A DNA stretch of 64,000 nt, from the IMG/VR virus record IMGVR_UViG_3300032677_000006; one strand, 5' to 3'. Made by a program: the position numbers and the translations under genes. This stretch comes from a virus. How positions within the stretch are numbered: position 1 is the stretch's first letter; each line of letters begins with the position of its first letter. Below, one piece after another: positions 9,891 to 19,200 of the stretch. Below the pieces are notes generated by a model that made no database searches, was not told the DNA's origin, and was given only the letters and a program-made list of their open reading frames with translations.

Positions 9891-9895
9891 ACGCT

Positions 9896-10183
9896 TCAGT
9901 TGTTAAGCCGGGAGGTCAGCACCTTGCCCATGCGAAAGCGGACCGCCTGGCGGGCCGGGATGTGGTATTGGGCGGCGTGTGGGCGCTTGGGGTTGCGGCC
10001 CACCTTGGGCTTGCGGGTGACCACCTCCAGCACGCCGAAGTTGCGGAACTCCACCCGGCGGCCCTTGCCCAGCGCCTCGGTGACGCAGTCCAGGATGGTG
10101 TCTACAATTCCCAGGGCGCGGGAGACCGGCAGGTCCAGGCGCTTGTTCAAGTCTACGGCCAGCTGGTTGCGGTTGTAATTCAC
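9896..10183 (-). CDS. HU/IHF-family DNA-binding protein
   Basis: GRRVEFRNFGVLEVVTRKPKVGRNP...IPARQAVRFRMGK; GTG start overlaps upstream stop. Confidence 0.92.
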   Translation of the reverse strand: MNYNRNQLAVDLNKRLDLPVSRALGIVDTILDCVTEALGKGRRVEFRNFGVLEVVTRKPKVGRNPKRPHAAQYHIPARQAVRFRMGKVLTSRLNN

Positions 10184-10506
10184 TTGTTCCGGCCCTCCCA
10201 GTAGCCCACCACGATGCGCGCGGCGGACTCTGGCATCAGATTGACGTCCGCGCCCAGGTCCAGCACGAACACGAGCACCCGGTAGCACAGCACCACGATC
10301 CACAGCTGGGTCACCACCACGTTCACGATGGCAAAGGCGATCAGCTCGTTGGCCGTCGGCGCGCCGAACAGCTTCCAGAAGCCCAGCGTCATCCAGCTGA
10401 ACAGAATGAGGGCGGCCATGGTGAAGTCCAAGGGCGCAAACAGACCCAGCTTGCGCTGGGCCTCGAAGCGCGACATCGGCTTTTCGGGAGCGGGAATGGC
10501 AGGCAT
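10180..10506 (-). CDS. two-TM membrane protein
   Basis: Two hydrophobic segments. Confidence 0.6.
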   Translation of the reverse strand: MPAIPAPEKPMSRFEAQRKLGLFAPLDFTMAALILFSWMTLGFWKLFGAPTANELIAFAIVNVVVTQLWIVVLCYRVLVFVLDLGADVNLMPESAARIVVGYWEGRNK

Positions 10507-10507
10507 G

Positions 10508-12025
10508 TTAGCTGAGCGCCTCTTTGGCGTGTTGTTCGATCAGGGCGAAGATTTCCGCGAGCGAGGCGCAATCCCGGGGCTGCCACGCCTTCTGCTTGCT
10601 GACCAGCCGGGTCTTGAGCTTGTCGCTGGGCGCGCTGAACCGCAGGCGCATGGGGCTGGTGTTGTCTACCGTGAACAGGACCCGGTGCCGGTTGTTGGAC
10701 GAGTCCTCGCCGTAGTAGACAATGGTTTCGTCTTCCACACGGCGGGAAAAGCTGTCATCCAGGTAGGCGATGATTTCCTGCTCGTCGCTGCTGGAAACCC
10801 GGAACTCCTTGTCCGCCGGGTGCGGCAGGCAGGCCGGGATGCGCTCCTGGTTGCGGCCCAGCAGGCGCGGGCTGATGGCCATAGTGGTCAGGCCCAGGTT
10901 GGCCGCTTCGATCCGGCAGCTGTCCCGCATGTCGCACATGTTGCATTTGCGGCAGTTGCGGGAGTACAGGATGCCGTAGCAGGACATGATGTTGCCGATC
11001 ATCCGGGGCGGCTTGGCCCCGATCTCGATCAGCATCTCCTCCACCTCGGGCTTGCCCTTGACCTTCTCGTCAAATTGATTGCGCGCCGCCATCGTAAACA
11101 ATCGCCGGACCACCATGTCGTCGTGCAGATTGGCGGGAATCTGGATGCCAAACAGCTGGCTCAAGGTGGCGATCAGGACGTTCCGGCGGCTTTGTTCATC
11201 TAGTTGTTCGTTGCTCATGTTGCGGTAGGCGGTGATTTTCTGCCTGACTGTTAGAACGTATTTGGCGAAGTCCTTGACATCCATGCCCAACCCCTCGGCC
11301 AGATGCTCGTTCTTGAGCTTGATGTTGAAGCCCTGGTCCTCCCGTTTACGCCAGGCGTCCAGCTGGGCCAGGCAGCAGGCTTTGGCGTTGGGCCGGTGGA
11401 GCTGCCGGAACACCAGGATTTCCGTCTCCGTCAACAGCGACTCATACTCCGCCTCGACCTCGCGGGCTTCCTGCTGGTCATGGTCGCTGCCGTTGGCCAC
11501 CTGGACGTTCAGCTCCGGATCGTCCAGGCTCAGCTCGACGTTTTTGTGGTAAGCGGGGGCCTCCTCTTCATGCTCGTTGTCGTCGTCTACACTCAAGGGC
11601 TTAGCCCCTGGTGCCGGGGCGAAACGCTGGTCCCGGGGCGGCGGCTTCTGGCCGGTGCGCTTTTCCGTGAACCGGTACTTCTGTAGACGGCTGCGGGCCA
11701 TGTTGCTCACGCAGGCCGTGAAGAAGCGGAAGAAGTCGTAGCGGCTGACCTGGCGGTCCAGCTCGCCCTTGCTGATCAGCTCCGCGAGCTTCAACCGGCC
11801 CTCGCCGATCAATTCGTCGTAGTGCATGAACGGGGTGGTCACATCCCGGTACTGCCAGGCCACGGAGGCGATCACGCGCTCCAGGTCTTCCATCATCTCT
11901 TCCAAGATGGGTGGTCGCAGCTTGGGGTCGGCCCAGAGCGGGCCGCGACAGACGTGGTGCCGGGTCAGTTTTACCTGCCAGCAATCACTGTCCGGAATCT
12001 TCGTCGAAAACGCCATATTCGCCAT
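10508..12025 (-). CDS. sigma70-family-like factor with C-terminal Cys-rich extension
   Basis: Region-2-like DELIGEGRLKLAE...FFRFFTACVSNMARSRLQK; region-4-like LLTETEILVFRQL...EHLAEGLGMDVKDF; CYG-x9-CxxC-x5-C. Confidence 0.6.
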   Translation of the reverse strand: MANMAFSTKIPDSDCWQVKLTRHHVCRGPLWADPKLRPPILEEMMEDLERVIASVAWQYRDVTTPFMHYDELIGEGRLKLAELISKGELDRQVSRYDFFRFFTACVSNMARSRLQKYRFTEKRTGQKPPPRDQRFAPAPGAKPLSVDDDNEHEEEAPAYHKNVELSLDDPELNVQVANGSDHDQQEAREVEAEYESLLTETEILVFRQLHRPNAKACCLAQLDAWRKREDQGFNIKLKNEHLAEGLGMDVKDFAKYVLTVRQKITAYRNMSNEQLDEQSRRNVLIATLSQLFGIQIPANLHDDMVVRRLFTMAARNQFDEKVKGKPEVEEMLIEIGAKPPRMIGNIMSCYGILYSRNCRKCNMCDMRDSCRIEAANLGLTTMAISPRLLGRNQERIPACLPHPADKEFRVSSSDEQEIIAYLDDSFSRRVEDETIVYYGEDSSNNRHRVLFTVDNTSPMRLRFSAPSDKLKTRLVSKQKAWQPRDCASLAEIFALIEQHAKEALS

Positions 12026-12989
12026 AACGTCGGGGGTCTCTTATTTCTAACATTTCGTTGAATATCTGTTCGGCGGCGCGCTGGGTCCGTTTATATTTGC
12101 GCGCCACCTCCACGACGGCATCGGGGTCCTGATCGCTGCGCTCGATGTCGCGGGCTATTTTTTGTTTCTCAACCAGCAGGGCCACGGCCTGCAAGGTTGG
12201 AAATTTGATCCGGTGGCCGCCAAAAATGGCCAGCACTTCCTTGCCCTTTTCGATGCCGATGATGTTGAACAGGTCGGGAAGAAAGGTGAAGCTCTCCGCC
12301 GCCATCAGCAGCTCGTACTCCGTGTACGGAATATAGGCTTTGTCGTAAAACGCCGTGCGCAAGGCCACCGTACACCACTCGTACAGGTACTTGCTGAATT
12401 CCAGGCTGAGACAGTAGGCGTAAGCCGCCGAGCGCACCACCGCCTGGCGGTCGTGCTCGTCCTCGACGATGCACTCCAGGGAGAAGCGCAGCGCGCCGAT
12501 GATCTGCGGGTCGGACCAGCGACAGATGATGTCGGTGATCCGCTTGCGCACTTCCAGGGACAGGTCGTGCTTGTTGACTTCGTGGTCTTCGACGCCGTAA
12601 AACTTCTCCAGGTGCTCGCTGGTGACATGATAGCGCTTGCGGTACTGGTTGACCTTGACCAGCTCGGATTTGAACGCGTTCTTGGCGCACTTGCTGAACC
12701 AGGAGAAAAGCTTGCCTTTCTTGGGCTGCCATTTGGCCAGCCACTTGATCACCTTCTCCTGGGCCGCGCTGACCAGGATCGGGAGGTCCACCGTGTAGTG
12801 GAAGTCTTCAAATTGGGCCAGGCGTTGAAACATGGCCGTGGAACCGATGACGATCTCTTCCAGGACGAGCATGGCCTCTTTGTGACGGCCCGTGGCATTC
12901 AACTGCTTCCACTGGACCGCCAAAGGCGTTAATTTGCTCGCCGGAAAGATGTGCTCGCCGTCGACGGGATTGGATGCTTTCTTAGCCAC
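11985..12989 (-). CDS. gp55-like sigma region-2 protein fused to Mor-like HTH
   Basis: KWQPKKGKLFSWFSKCAKNAFKSELVK resembles late-sigma region 2; IGIEKGKEVLAIFGGHRIKFP...VVEVARKYKRTQRAAEQI resembles the Mor family. Confidence 0.6.
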   Translation of the reverse strand: MAKKASNPVDGEHIFPASKLTPLAVQWKQLNATGRHKEAMLVLEEIVIGSTAMFQRLAQFEDFHYTVDLPILVSAAQEKVIKWLAKWQPKKGKLFSWFSKCAKNAFKSELVKVNQYRKRYHVTSEHLEKFYGVEDHEVNKHDLSLEVRKRITDIICRWSDPQIIGALRFSLECIVEDEHDRQAVVRSAAYAYCLSLEFSKYLYEWCTVALRTAFYDKAYIPYTEYELLMAAESFTFLPDLFNIIGIEKGKEVLAIFGGHRIKFPTLQAVALLVEKQKIARDIERSDQDPDAVVEVARKYKRTQRAAEQIFNEMLEIRDPRRYGEYGVFDEDSGQ

Positions 12990-13806
12990 CGGAAGGTAGG
13001 GTAACGAGGACGTAAACTTTGTCGATCAAGGTGGCAAATTCGTCGTTTAGATCGGCGGCCACTTTGTCCCCGCGCCGGACGTACGGTTCCATCAAGAGCA
13101 TGATGGCGTGCAGATTGTTGATGATGGTCAGCCCGGGAATGTAAGGTATCTTGTCCCGGATGTAGGTGATTTCGTCAGTGCTGGGCTTGGTGCCTGACTT
13201 GATGGGCTTGGACAGCGCCGTCTTGGGCGCAGGTTTGGCCTCCACGTCCGTGTCCTCGCTTTCGCGGACTACGGCGGCTGCCGCCGGTGCGGGCTTAGCC
13301 GGGACCGGTTTAGCCGGGGCGGGCTTGGCTGGAGCCGGTTCCGCCGGGCGGTTGAGCGGCTTGAGTTCGGGTTTGACCTCCGCCTTGACGACCGGCTTGG
13401 GTTCAACTTTGGCGGCGGGCTTGGGTTCAGAAGGTTCTACTTTTGGGCGAGGGCTGACGGGTTTTTCCGGCGGCTTGGGTTTGGCGGGCGCTGTTTTCTT
13501 GGGTTCAGCGCTGCGCACGGGAACTGGCTTTTGCATCAGTTCCCTGACGACCGGCAGCGGCGTATCCAGTATCAACACACTGGTGGCGCTGCCAATGATT
13601 TGCTGCTTGGTCAGCTTGGGCACGTCTTTGCCGGAGCGATAGATCGCCCGGGTGAGGTCACAAACCGTTTTGGAGTAGTCGGTGCCGTTCGGGCTGCCGT
13701 CTTGCACGGTTTCGGTTTCTTTGCACAAGCTTGTGCTCAGTTGGGGTTCTTCCCGTAGTACGTCGTTTACCCGACGGTACCATCCCGCAGTCAGATCAGT
13801 GGGCAT
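12982..13806 (-). CDS. hypothetical protein with Pro/Lys/Ala-rich linker
   Basis: Start at MPTDLTAG; low-complexity centre. Confidence 0.65.
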   Translation of the reverse strand: MPTDLTAGWYRRVNDVLREEPQLSTSLCKETETVQDGSPNGTDYSKTVCDLTRAIYRSGKDVPKLTKQQIIGSATSVLILDTPLPVVRELMQKPVPVRSAEPKKTAPAKPKPPEKPVSPRPKVEPSEPKPAAKVEPKPVVKAEVKPELKPLNRPAEPAPAKPAPAKPVPAKPAPAAAAVVRESEDTDVEAKPAPKTALSKPIKSGTKPSTDEITYIRDKIPYIPGLTIINNLHAIMLLMEPYVRRGDKVAADLNDEFATLIDKVYVLVTLPSGG

Positions 13807-13960
13807 AATGTTAAGGCTTAAAAGCGAACGGCAACGTAGCAAAGAAATGACAGGTTGCCGTTCCAGGTACAGTGTTTATTAACTGGTCTTAGGTATACAG
13901 CTTAGGATCAGAGGTTTCAACAAAAATCGTACAAAAGTACTCAAAAATTTTTATCGAGCC

Positions 13961-14665
13961 TCAATCCGCCTCTTCCTGCCCCACGGCAGGCCGCCGACGG
14001 CGGTTGGTGCGGGTGGGCAGCGTCTCTTTTTCCGGCGCGGCTTCCTCGGCGGCTTCCGCCGCTTCGCCCGCTTCCGCCGCCGCGACTTCGGCTTCCGCCG
14101 TTTCGCTTGTCTCCGCCGCCGGTTCTTCGGTCGGCTTTTTGACCTTACCGGCCAGGTGGTTGTACGCCTCCGGGTCGTCGTTCTCGCTCGTGCCGTAGGG
14201 CATCAAGCGCTGCCGCAGCGCGTCTTTCATCTGCACTAGAGCTGGATTCCAGGCCCCATAACATTGGGCCGTGGCGATGTCGGTCTGAATGGCGTGCGGC
14301 AGCGTCCGCAGCTTGAGCGCGCCCGCCTGGTTGCGCTCCACGCTGATGCGCCGCAGCGTTTCATGGATCATGGGTTCCCGTTTTTCAGGCGACACGTGCT
14401 TCCAGGCGTGATAATCGAAAATCAGGATGAAGTCCGGCTTGTCCTTCATGAACAGCTTGAACTCGGGACTGATTTTGCGCAGCTTGACCGGCGCGCCCGC
14501 GCTGGGCTTGGTCTCGCCCTCTTCGTCGGTCTTGATGTAAAAGACCGCCTTGATCTCCACTTCCTCGTTGGTAAGGCTGCTCAGTAGCAGCTCTTGTTTT
14601 GCCAAAACGGACTCTAAAAGGTCCGTCAATTCCTTCTCCGTTGAGTACTCAGTAGTTGTTGCCAT
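13961..14665 (-). CDS. phage metallopeptidase-like protein (degenerate HExxH), acidic tail
   Basis: PDFILIFDYHAWKHVSPEKREPMIHETLRRI; start at MATTTEYS. Confidence 0.5.
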   Translation of the reverse strand: MATTTEYSTEKELTDLLESVLAKQELLLSSLTNEEVEIKAVFYIKTDEEGETKPSAGAPVKLRKISPEFKLFMKDKPDFILIFDYHAWKHVSPEKREPMIHETLRRISVERNQAGALKLRTLPHAIQTDIATAQCYGAWNPALVQMKDALRQRLMPYGTSENDDPEAYNHLAGKVKKPTEEPAAETSETAEAEVAAAEAGEAAEAAEEAAPEKETLPTRTNRRRRPAVGQEEAD

Positions 14666-14672
14666 AGTAATT

Positions 14673-15998
14673 TTAAGTGTTAAGTTCCTCTTCTTCCTCT
14701 TCCAAACAGATGCTGCCGTCCAGGCCCGGCGTGTTGTCGCAGAAGGCAATCGCTGCCTTCCACAATAAGTCTACGTCAGCCTGGTGCTCCGCCATGAACT
14801 GCGGCCACTCGCTCCGGTACTTGAATTCCGGGTCCTTGCGGCTGCCGCCCCGGCGGGGTGTCGGCAGGTCATCATCTTCGTCCAGGGTGGTGGTTGTGGC
14901 CGCCGCTCCGAACGTCGTCGGCGTGATGCCGTTTTTGTTGAATTTCAGCACGAAGCCGACGCCTTTTTCCTTGGCCCGGCACTCGATGAAGCCCAGGAAC
15001 AGCATCGTCTCCAGGCGACTCCAGGCGTCGTTAAGGCCGCCCTGCTTGGGGTCGGTCAGCAGCACCATGCGGCCCTCGCGCAGCGGTGGCTTGATCCGGT
15101 TTTTGGACGTGTGGAAGCCCAGCTGAAAACCGGCGGAGAACTTGGCCGTCGGCAGCAGCTTGTACTTGGCGTCCATGGCCCAGAAGAACACCCGGTGGCT
15201 GGCGTAGAACCGCAGCGCGAAGCCGCCGCTCGATTTGTAGTCCTTGGGGTCAATCGCGAACGTGGGGCGCTTGGACGGACCCTGCTTGAACGTGGAACGC
15301 ACCTGGTTGGTGCAGATCAAGCATGCGTTGAGCGTGTTGATCCGGCGGACCAACCTGGCCAGGCCGCGACTGATCTGCTGCGGGGCGCGCGGAAAGTCCT
15401 GGGCGTCCCAGTCCGCGTTCAGCTCCTTGTTGGTGACCGTGCTGGCAATCGTATCCACGATCATCAGCGTGAACAGGGTGCGCTTGGGGTATTTGGCTTT
15501 CCACTTCTCGGCGCTGTCCAGGCACTTGTCGAGGGACTTGAACATGTTCTCCGTGGTGTCGCACCGAAAGTTCACGAACTTGATGGCCTCACCCTCAAAG
15601 GTGACCTTGCCGTCCATGTCCAGGGAACCTTCATTGTCGATGTAGAAAACCATCGTATCCACGGTGGCCGGGTCAACCTCCTCGAAGCCAACCAGCTTGT
15701 TGTCGTCGTCCCGGATCAGCCTGCGAATGTGCTTCTGCCGGGCGCGGGCGGCGCACCGGATCGACATGGCTGTCTTACCGGAGCTTTCCAGGCCGTAGAT
15801 TTCCACGATGCGGCCAAACGGCATGCCGCCGACAATTTCGTCGAACGCGTCGATGCCGGTGGACAATGAGTAATCAACCTGGGACAGCGTTTCCTCGTCG
15901 GTATAACACACGTCCCACATTTGATCCCCGTGGCTCGTGCTGGACAACGAGTTGAACAGCTCGTCCTGGGGATCAAGACTGGGTGCTTTCTTACTCAT
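14673..15998 (-). CDS. uvsX: RecA/UvsX recombinase
   Basis: STGIDAFD..GGMPFGRIVEIYGLESSGKT, YIDNE, IVDTIA, ICTNQVR, GGFALRFYAS. Confidence 0.95.
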   Translation of the reverse strand: MSKKAPSLDPQDELFNSLSSTSHGDQMWDVCYTDEETLSQVDYSLSTGIDAFDEIVGGMPFGRIVEIYGLESSGKTAMSIRCAARARQKHIRRLIRDDDNKLVGFEEVDPATVDTMVFYIDNEGSLDMDGKVTFEGEAIKFVNFRCDTTENMFKSLDKCLDSAEKWKAKYPKRTLFTLMIVDTIASTVTNKELNADWDAQDFPRAPQQISRGLARLVRRINTLNACLICTNQVRSTFKQGPSKRPTFAIDPKDYKSSGGFALRFYASHRVFFWAMDAKYKLLPTAKFSAGFQLGFHTSKNRIKPPLREGRMVLLTDPKQGGLNDAWSRLETMLFLGFIECRAKEKGVGFVLKFNKNGITPTTFGAAATTTTLDEDDDLPTPRRGGSRKDPEFKYRSEWPQFMAEHQADVDLLWKAAIAFCDNTPGLDGSICLEEEEEELNT

Positions 15999-17461
15999 TT
16001 ATTTTTGCCCAGGTTGGTGAGGCGGCTGCGGAGCGCTTCAGCGTTTTTACCGGTACGGCTCACCGGCGGCGGCGGTTCACCGCCCTCGCTCTTGCCGCCG
16101 ACCGGCTCCTTGGCTGGCGGAGCTGAATCCCGTTCCTCCTCGGGCAGGTTTTCATCTTCATCCTCAACTGACTGGGATTTGCCGCCCTCGGCGCGTGCCC
16201 GGTTGGCTGGAGACGTCAATTTGCGCCCAGCGGGACGCGGATCGTCCTCTGGGTCTTTTTCCGGTTTGCCCTCGTCAGCCCCTTCCGGGTCAGCGTCCCG
16301 GCCAGCATCCGGTTCCGGGTCCGGGTCTTCAGCTTCCGGCGGCGGATTCTTAGGCTTGCGCTGCGGGCCTAGATCACCGTCATCGTCATCGTCATCCTGG
16401 CGGGTCTTGGCGCTGCGCGTGGACGTCTCTGTGGCAGCTGACCGGCGGCGAGGAGCTTCCTCGTCATCGTCCTCGCGACGGCGGCGCGGGGCTTCCTCCT
16501 CGGCGTCGGCCCGGCGGCCACGGGGAGCATCGTCATCGTCATCCCGGCGACGACGAGGAGCCTCACTTTCCGGATCACCTTCCGGGTCGGGGGCGCGGCG
16601 ACCCCGGGGAGCTTCCTCTTCCGGATCAGCAGCCCGGCGGCCACGGGGAGCATCGTCATCGTCATCAGCGGCCCGGCGGCCACGGGGAGCTTCGTCTTCA
16701 TCAGCCGCCCGGCGGCGCGGACGCACCGCGTCGGAGTCGCCCTGGCCGATCTTGCGGCTGGCGGCTTCGGCCTTGAGCAGAAACGCTTCCATCTCCTGGT
16801 CCGTGGGCAGCTTGATACGCGGCTCCTTGAGCAACGCTTCCAGTTTTTTGATGTGGGAGTCGAAGCTGGCGTCCTCGTCAAAAATAGGCAGGCTGTCCAG
16901 CTTGTCCAGCCGGGTGCGGGTCTGCGTGCGCATGACGCTGAAGTCATTGCCTTTGTGGTAGTCAAGCACACTGTCCTTCGACTTGCGGCCACCGGCCACG
17001 TAAAAGGCGTGCAGCTCCTCAAACACCGACTTGTTCAGGTTGAACACGTACGGGATCATGATCTCGTCCATGCTCATTTGCCTGCCGTTCTTTTCCAGCA
17101 GCACGCAATAGGTCATGTACTGCGGATTGGCCTTGAGGTTCCAGCCCCACTTGCTGACCACTTCGTCATGGTCGTCGTTAAGCTGGTCCGCCAGGGTGCA
17201 GATCGGACACTCGGTGTCCTGGTTGCCGCCCCAGTCTTCATCCGTCAGGCGGGGGCAGGTGAGGGGACGGCGATCCAGCCAGTGATTGGCCACGCGGGCG
17301 TACCACACGCCGGAGGGTCCCATGCGGGCGGGCAGGAAGCGCACCACGATAGTTTGGCCTTTCTCGATCTTGATCTGGCGCGCACCGCGCTGCTGGCTCT
17401 GGATGAACGCTGATTCTTTGTTCAGCTTGGCCAGGATTTTGGGGTCTAGGTTGTTGCTCAT
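15995..17461 (-). CDS. single-stranded DNA-binding protein (gp32-like) with long repetitive charged tail
   Basis: IVVRFLP, NHW..TCP..CPIC, LDYHKGNDF; located between uvsX and uvsY-like genes. Confidence 0.8.
   Translation of the reverse strand: MSNNLDPKILAKLNKESAFIQSQQRGARQIKIEKGQTIVVRFLPARMGPSGVWYARVANHWLDRRPLTCPRLTDEDWGGNQDTECPICTLADQLNDDHDEVVSKWGWNLKANPQYMTYCVLLEKNGRQMSMDEIMIPYVFNLNKSVFEELHAFYVAGGRKSKDSVLDYHKGNDFSVMRTQTRTRLDKLDSLPIFDEDASFDSHIKKLEALLKEPRIKLPTDQEMEAFLLKAEAASRKIGQGDSDAVRPRRRAADEDEAPRGRRAADDDDDAPRGRRAADPEEEAPRGRRAPDPEGDPESEAPRRRRDDDDDAPRGRRADAEEEAPRRRREDDDEEAPRRRSAATETSTRSAKTRQDDDDDDGDLGPQRKPKNPPPEAEDPDPEPDAGRDADPEGADEGKPEKDPEDDPRPAGRKLTSPANRARAEGGKSQSVEDEDENLPEEERDSAPPAKEPVGGKSEGGEPPPPVSRTGKNAEALRSRLTNLGKNK
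16440..16725 (-). repeat. imperfect coding tandem repeat, APR(G/R)RR(A)-acidic units
   Basis: About 8 units such as APRGRRAADDDDD and APRRRREDDDEE. Confidence 0.85.
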
Positions 17462-17498
17462 TGTGTTTGTGTCTGTATGTTTCAGTTGTACGACGGCC

Positions 17499-17951
17499 TC
17501 AGAGGTCCTCTTCTGCGGCCTTGCGTCGTGTTGTTTCGCTAGAACGGATTAAATCAATTTTGAGTTTGAGGGCCGCGATGGTTTCCGTAAACGAGTCCAG
17601 GCGGCGCTTGCGGTCGACGTAGACCTCGAAGGCTTTGTCTACATCTGGCTCCAGCTCCACCGCGCGCTTGATCGCCTCTTCGGTGAACTTTTCGCCGTAG
17701 CCCTTGGCCACAAACTGGCCGCCCTTGAGATCGAAGTAGGCGCGCGCCTTGGCCCGGTCCAGGTCACGCTCGGCCCGCCAGCAGCGCTCCACGGCCCAGG
17801 CCCGCTGAATGCCCAGAAAAGCCAGGACCACCGGCAGCTTCAGGCTGGCCTCGGTGACATCCTCGTAGGGCGCGGTCAGCAGGTCCGTGATGGGTATGAC
17901 CCGTCCCGCCAGGTGGAGGTGGTCAATGAGCGGCTCGGGGGCTTTAGGCAT
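17499..17951 (-). CDS. UvsY-like recombination mediator
   Basis: 150-aa all-helical protein, TEEAIKRAVELEPDV; synteny with SSB and UvsX. Confidence 0.55.
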   Translation of the reverse strand: MPKAPEPLIDHLHLAGRVIPITDLLTAPYEDVTEASLKLPVVLAFLGIQRAWAVERCWRAERDLDRAKARAYFDLKGGQFVAKGYGEKFTEEAIKRAVELEPDVDKAFEVYVDRKRRLDSFTETIAALKLKIDLIRSSETTRRKAAEEDL

Positions 17952-19182
17952 GGTGGGGCACCGTCAGGCTGGTTAAGCTCGTCGGCGTGGCTAGGATTTC
18001 GTCTACTTTGTTCAGAACCTCCTGGGCGTCGATGTCCAGCATGACTTCGCACACCTGCTGCTGACGGCCTTTCGGGCACTTGTCGTACGGAAAATAGCTG
18101 TAGGCGAAGCAGGGCGCGCAGCGGCAGGCGTCGCCGTGCCAGATGGCCCACTCCATGTACCGCTGGTCGTAACCGATCCGCGCTGCGGGATGGTGGGTGC
18201 CCCACAGGGAGACCGCCGGGGTGTTCAGCGCCTGGGCGATGTACAGCGGCGCGGAATCCAGGCAGACCACGGCGGACGCCCGGGAAATCAGCGCCATCAG
18301 GGCGCGGGTGTTGGTGCTGTCCACGGCGTTGACCACGGCCTGGCCGAACTGGCCCAGGCGCTGGATAAATTCCCCGGCGCTGATGTCCGTGTCCGGCAGG
18401 CGCATGGTGGCGGTGCCGACCACCACCACCGGGCGGCGCGTGGCCAGCAGGCTGATGACGTTCAGCCACTGGGTGTAGCTCAAGCAGCGCAGATTGGAAT
18501 TGGAAAACGGCGCGACCACGATGTAGCCGATGTGGCGCAGGTCCACTTTCACCCCGTCCATCACCCGGCGGAAAAACGCGTCCAGGCTCAGGTAGTCCTC
18601 TTGTTTCAACACAGCGGTGGGACGCTTCCAGCGCGGCTCGATCTGGGTGTAGTCGAAGCCCAGCTGCTGGTACAGGGCGTCGTAGACATTCAGCTGATCC
18701 TGCTCCGTGTCCTGCTCGGTCACGGAATTGACAAACCAGTGGTAATTGTAGTGGCGCAGGGCGTCGTACTCCACCGGCCCGCACTTGACGCAGCCGTTGC
18801 TGATCAGCGGGCTGTGCGTCAGCACGACGCCACGGTCGGCGAAGCCCATCAGGTCAATCTGCACGTTGTTGCTGGAGATGTGCTGGAGGTAGCCCAGGAC
18901 GCCGGTCAGAAAGAGCAGGTCGCCCAGGCCGCGCTCCCGGCAGCGCTCCACCAGCAGCTTGCCGCCGCAGAGATCGGCTTTGCCGTGCAGCCGGTGGTAC
19001 AAGGACGAACACTCAAACTCAGACACGGTGTCCAGGAACGGCTCGATGGTTTCCAGCCGGTTGGCGTTCAGGATGTAGCGCCGGTTGGGATTCAGCAGCC
19101 ACGCTTCGTCGAGCGTTTGCTGGAAAATGACCGGTTCTTTGACGGTGGCGATGACCCACTGGGTGTTGATCGGTAGCTTCAT
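17944..19182 (-). CDS. glycosyltransferase family 9 (heptosyltransferase-like)
   Basis: RGLGDLL; LDSAPLYIAQALNTPAVSLWG; CRCAPC. Confidence 0.88.
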   Translation of the reverse strand: MKLPINTQWVIATVKEPVIFQQTLDEAWLLNPNRRYILNANRLETIEPFLDTVSEFECSSLYHRLHGKADLCGGKLLVERCRERGLGDLLFLTGVLGYLQHISSNNVQIDLMGFADRGVVLTHSPLISNGCVKCGPVEYDALRHYNYHWFVNSVTEQDTEQDQLNVYDALYQQLGFDYTQIEPRWKRPTAVLKQEDYLSLDAFFRRVMDGVKVDLRHIGYIVVAPFSNSNLRCLSYTQWLNVISLLATRRPVVVVGTATMRLPDTDISAGEFIQRLGQFGQAVVNAVDSTNTRALMALISRASAVVCLDSAPLYIAQALNTPAVSLWGTHHPAARIGYDQRYMEWAIWHGDACRCAPCFAYSYFPYDKCPKGRQQQVCEVMLDIDAQEVLNKVDEILATPTSLTSLTVPHHA

Positions 19183-19200
19183 TCCAGAAAGAGAACAGGG

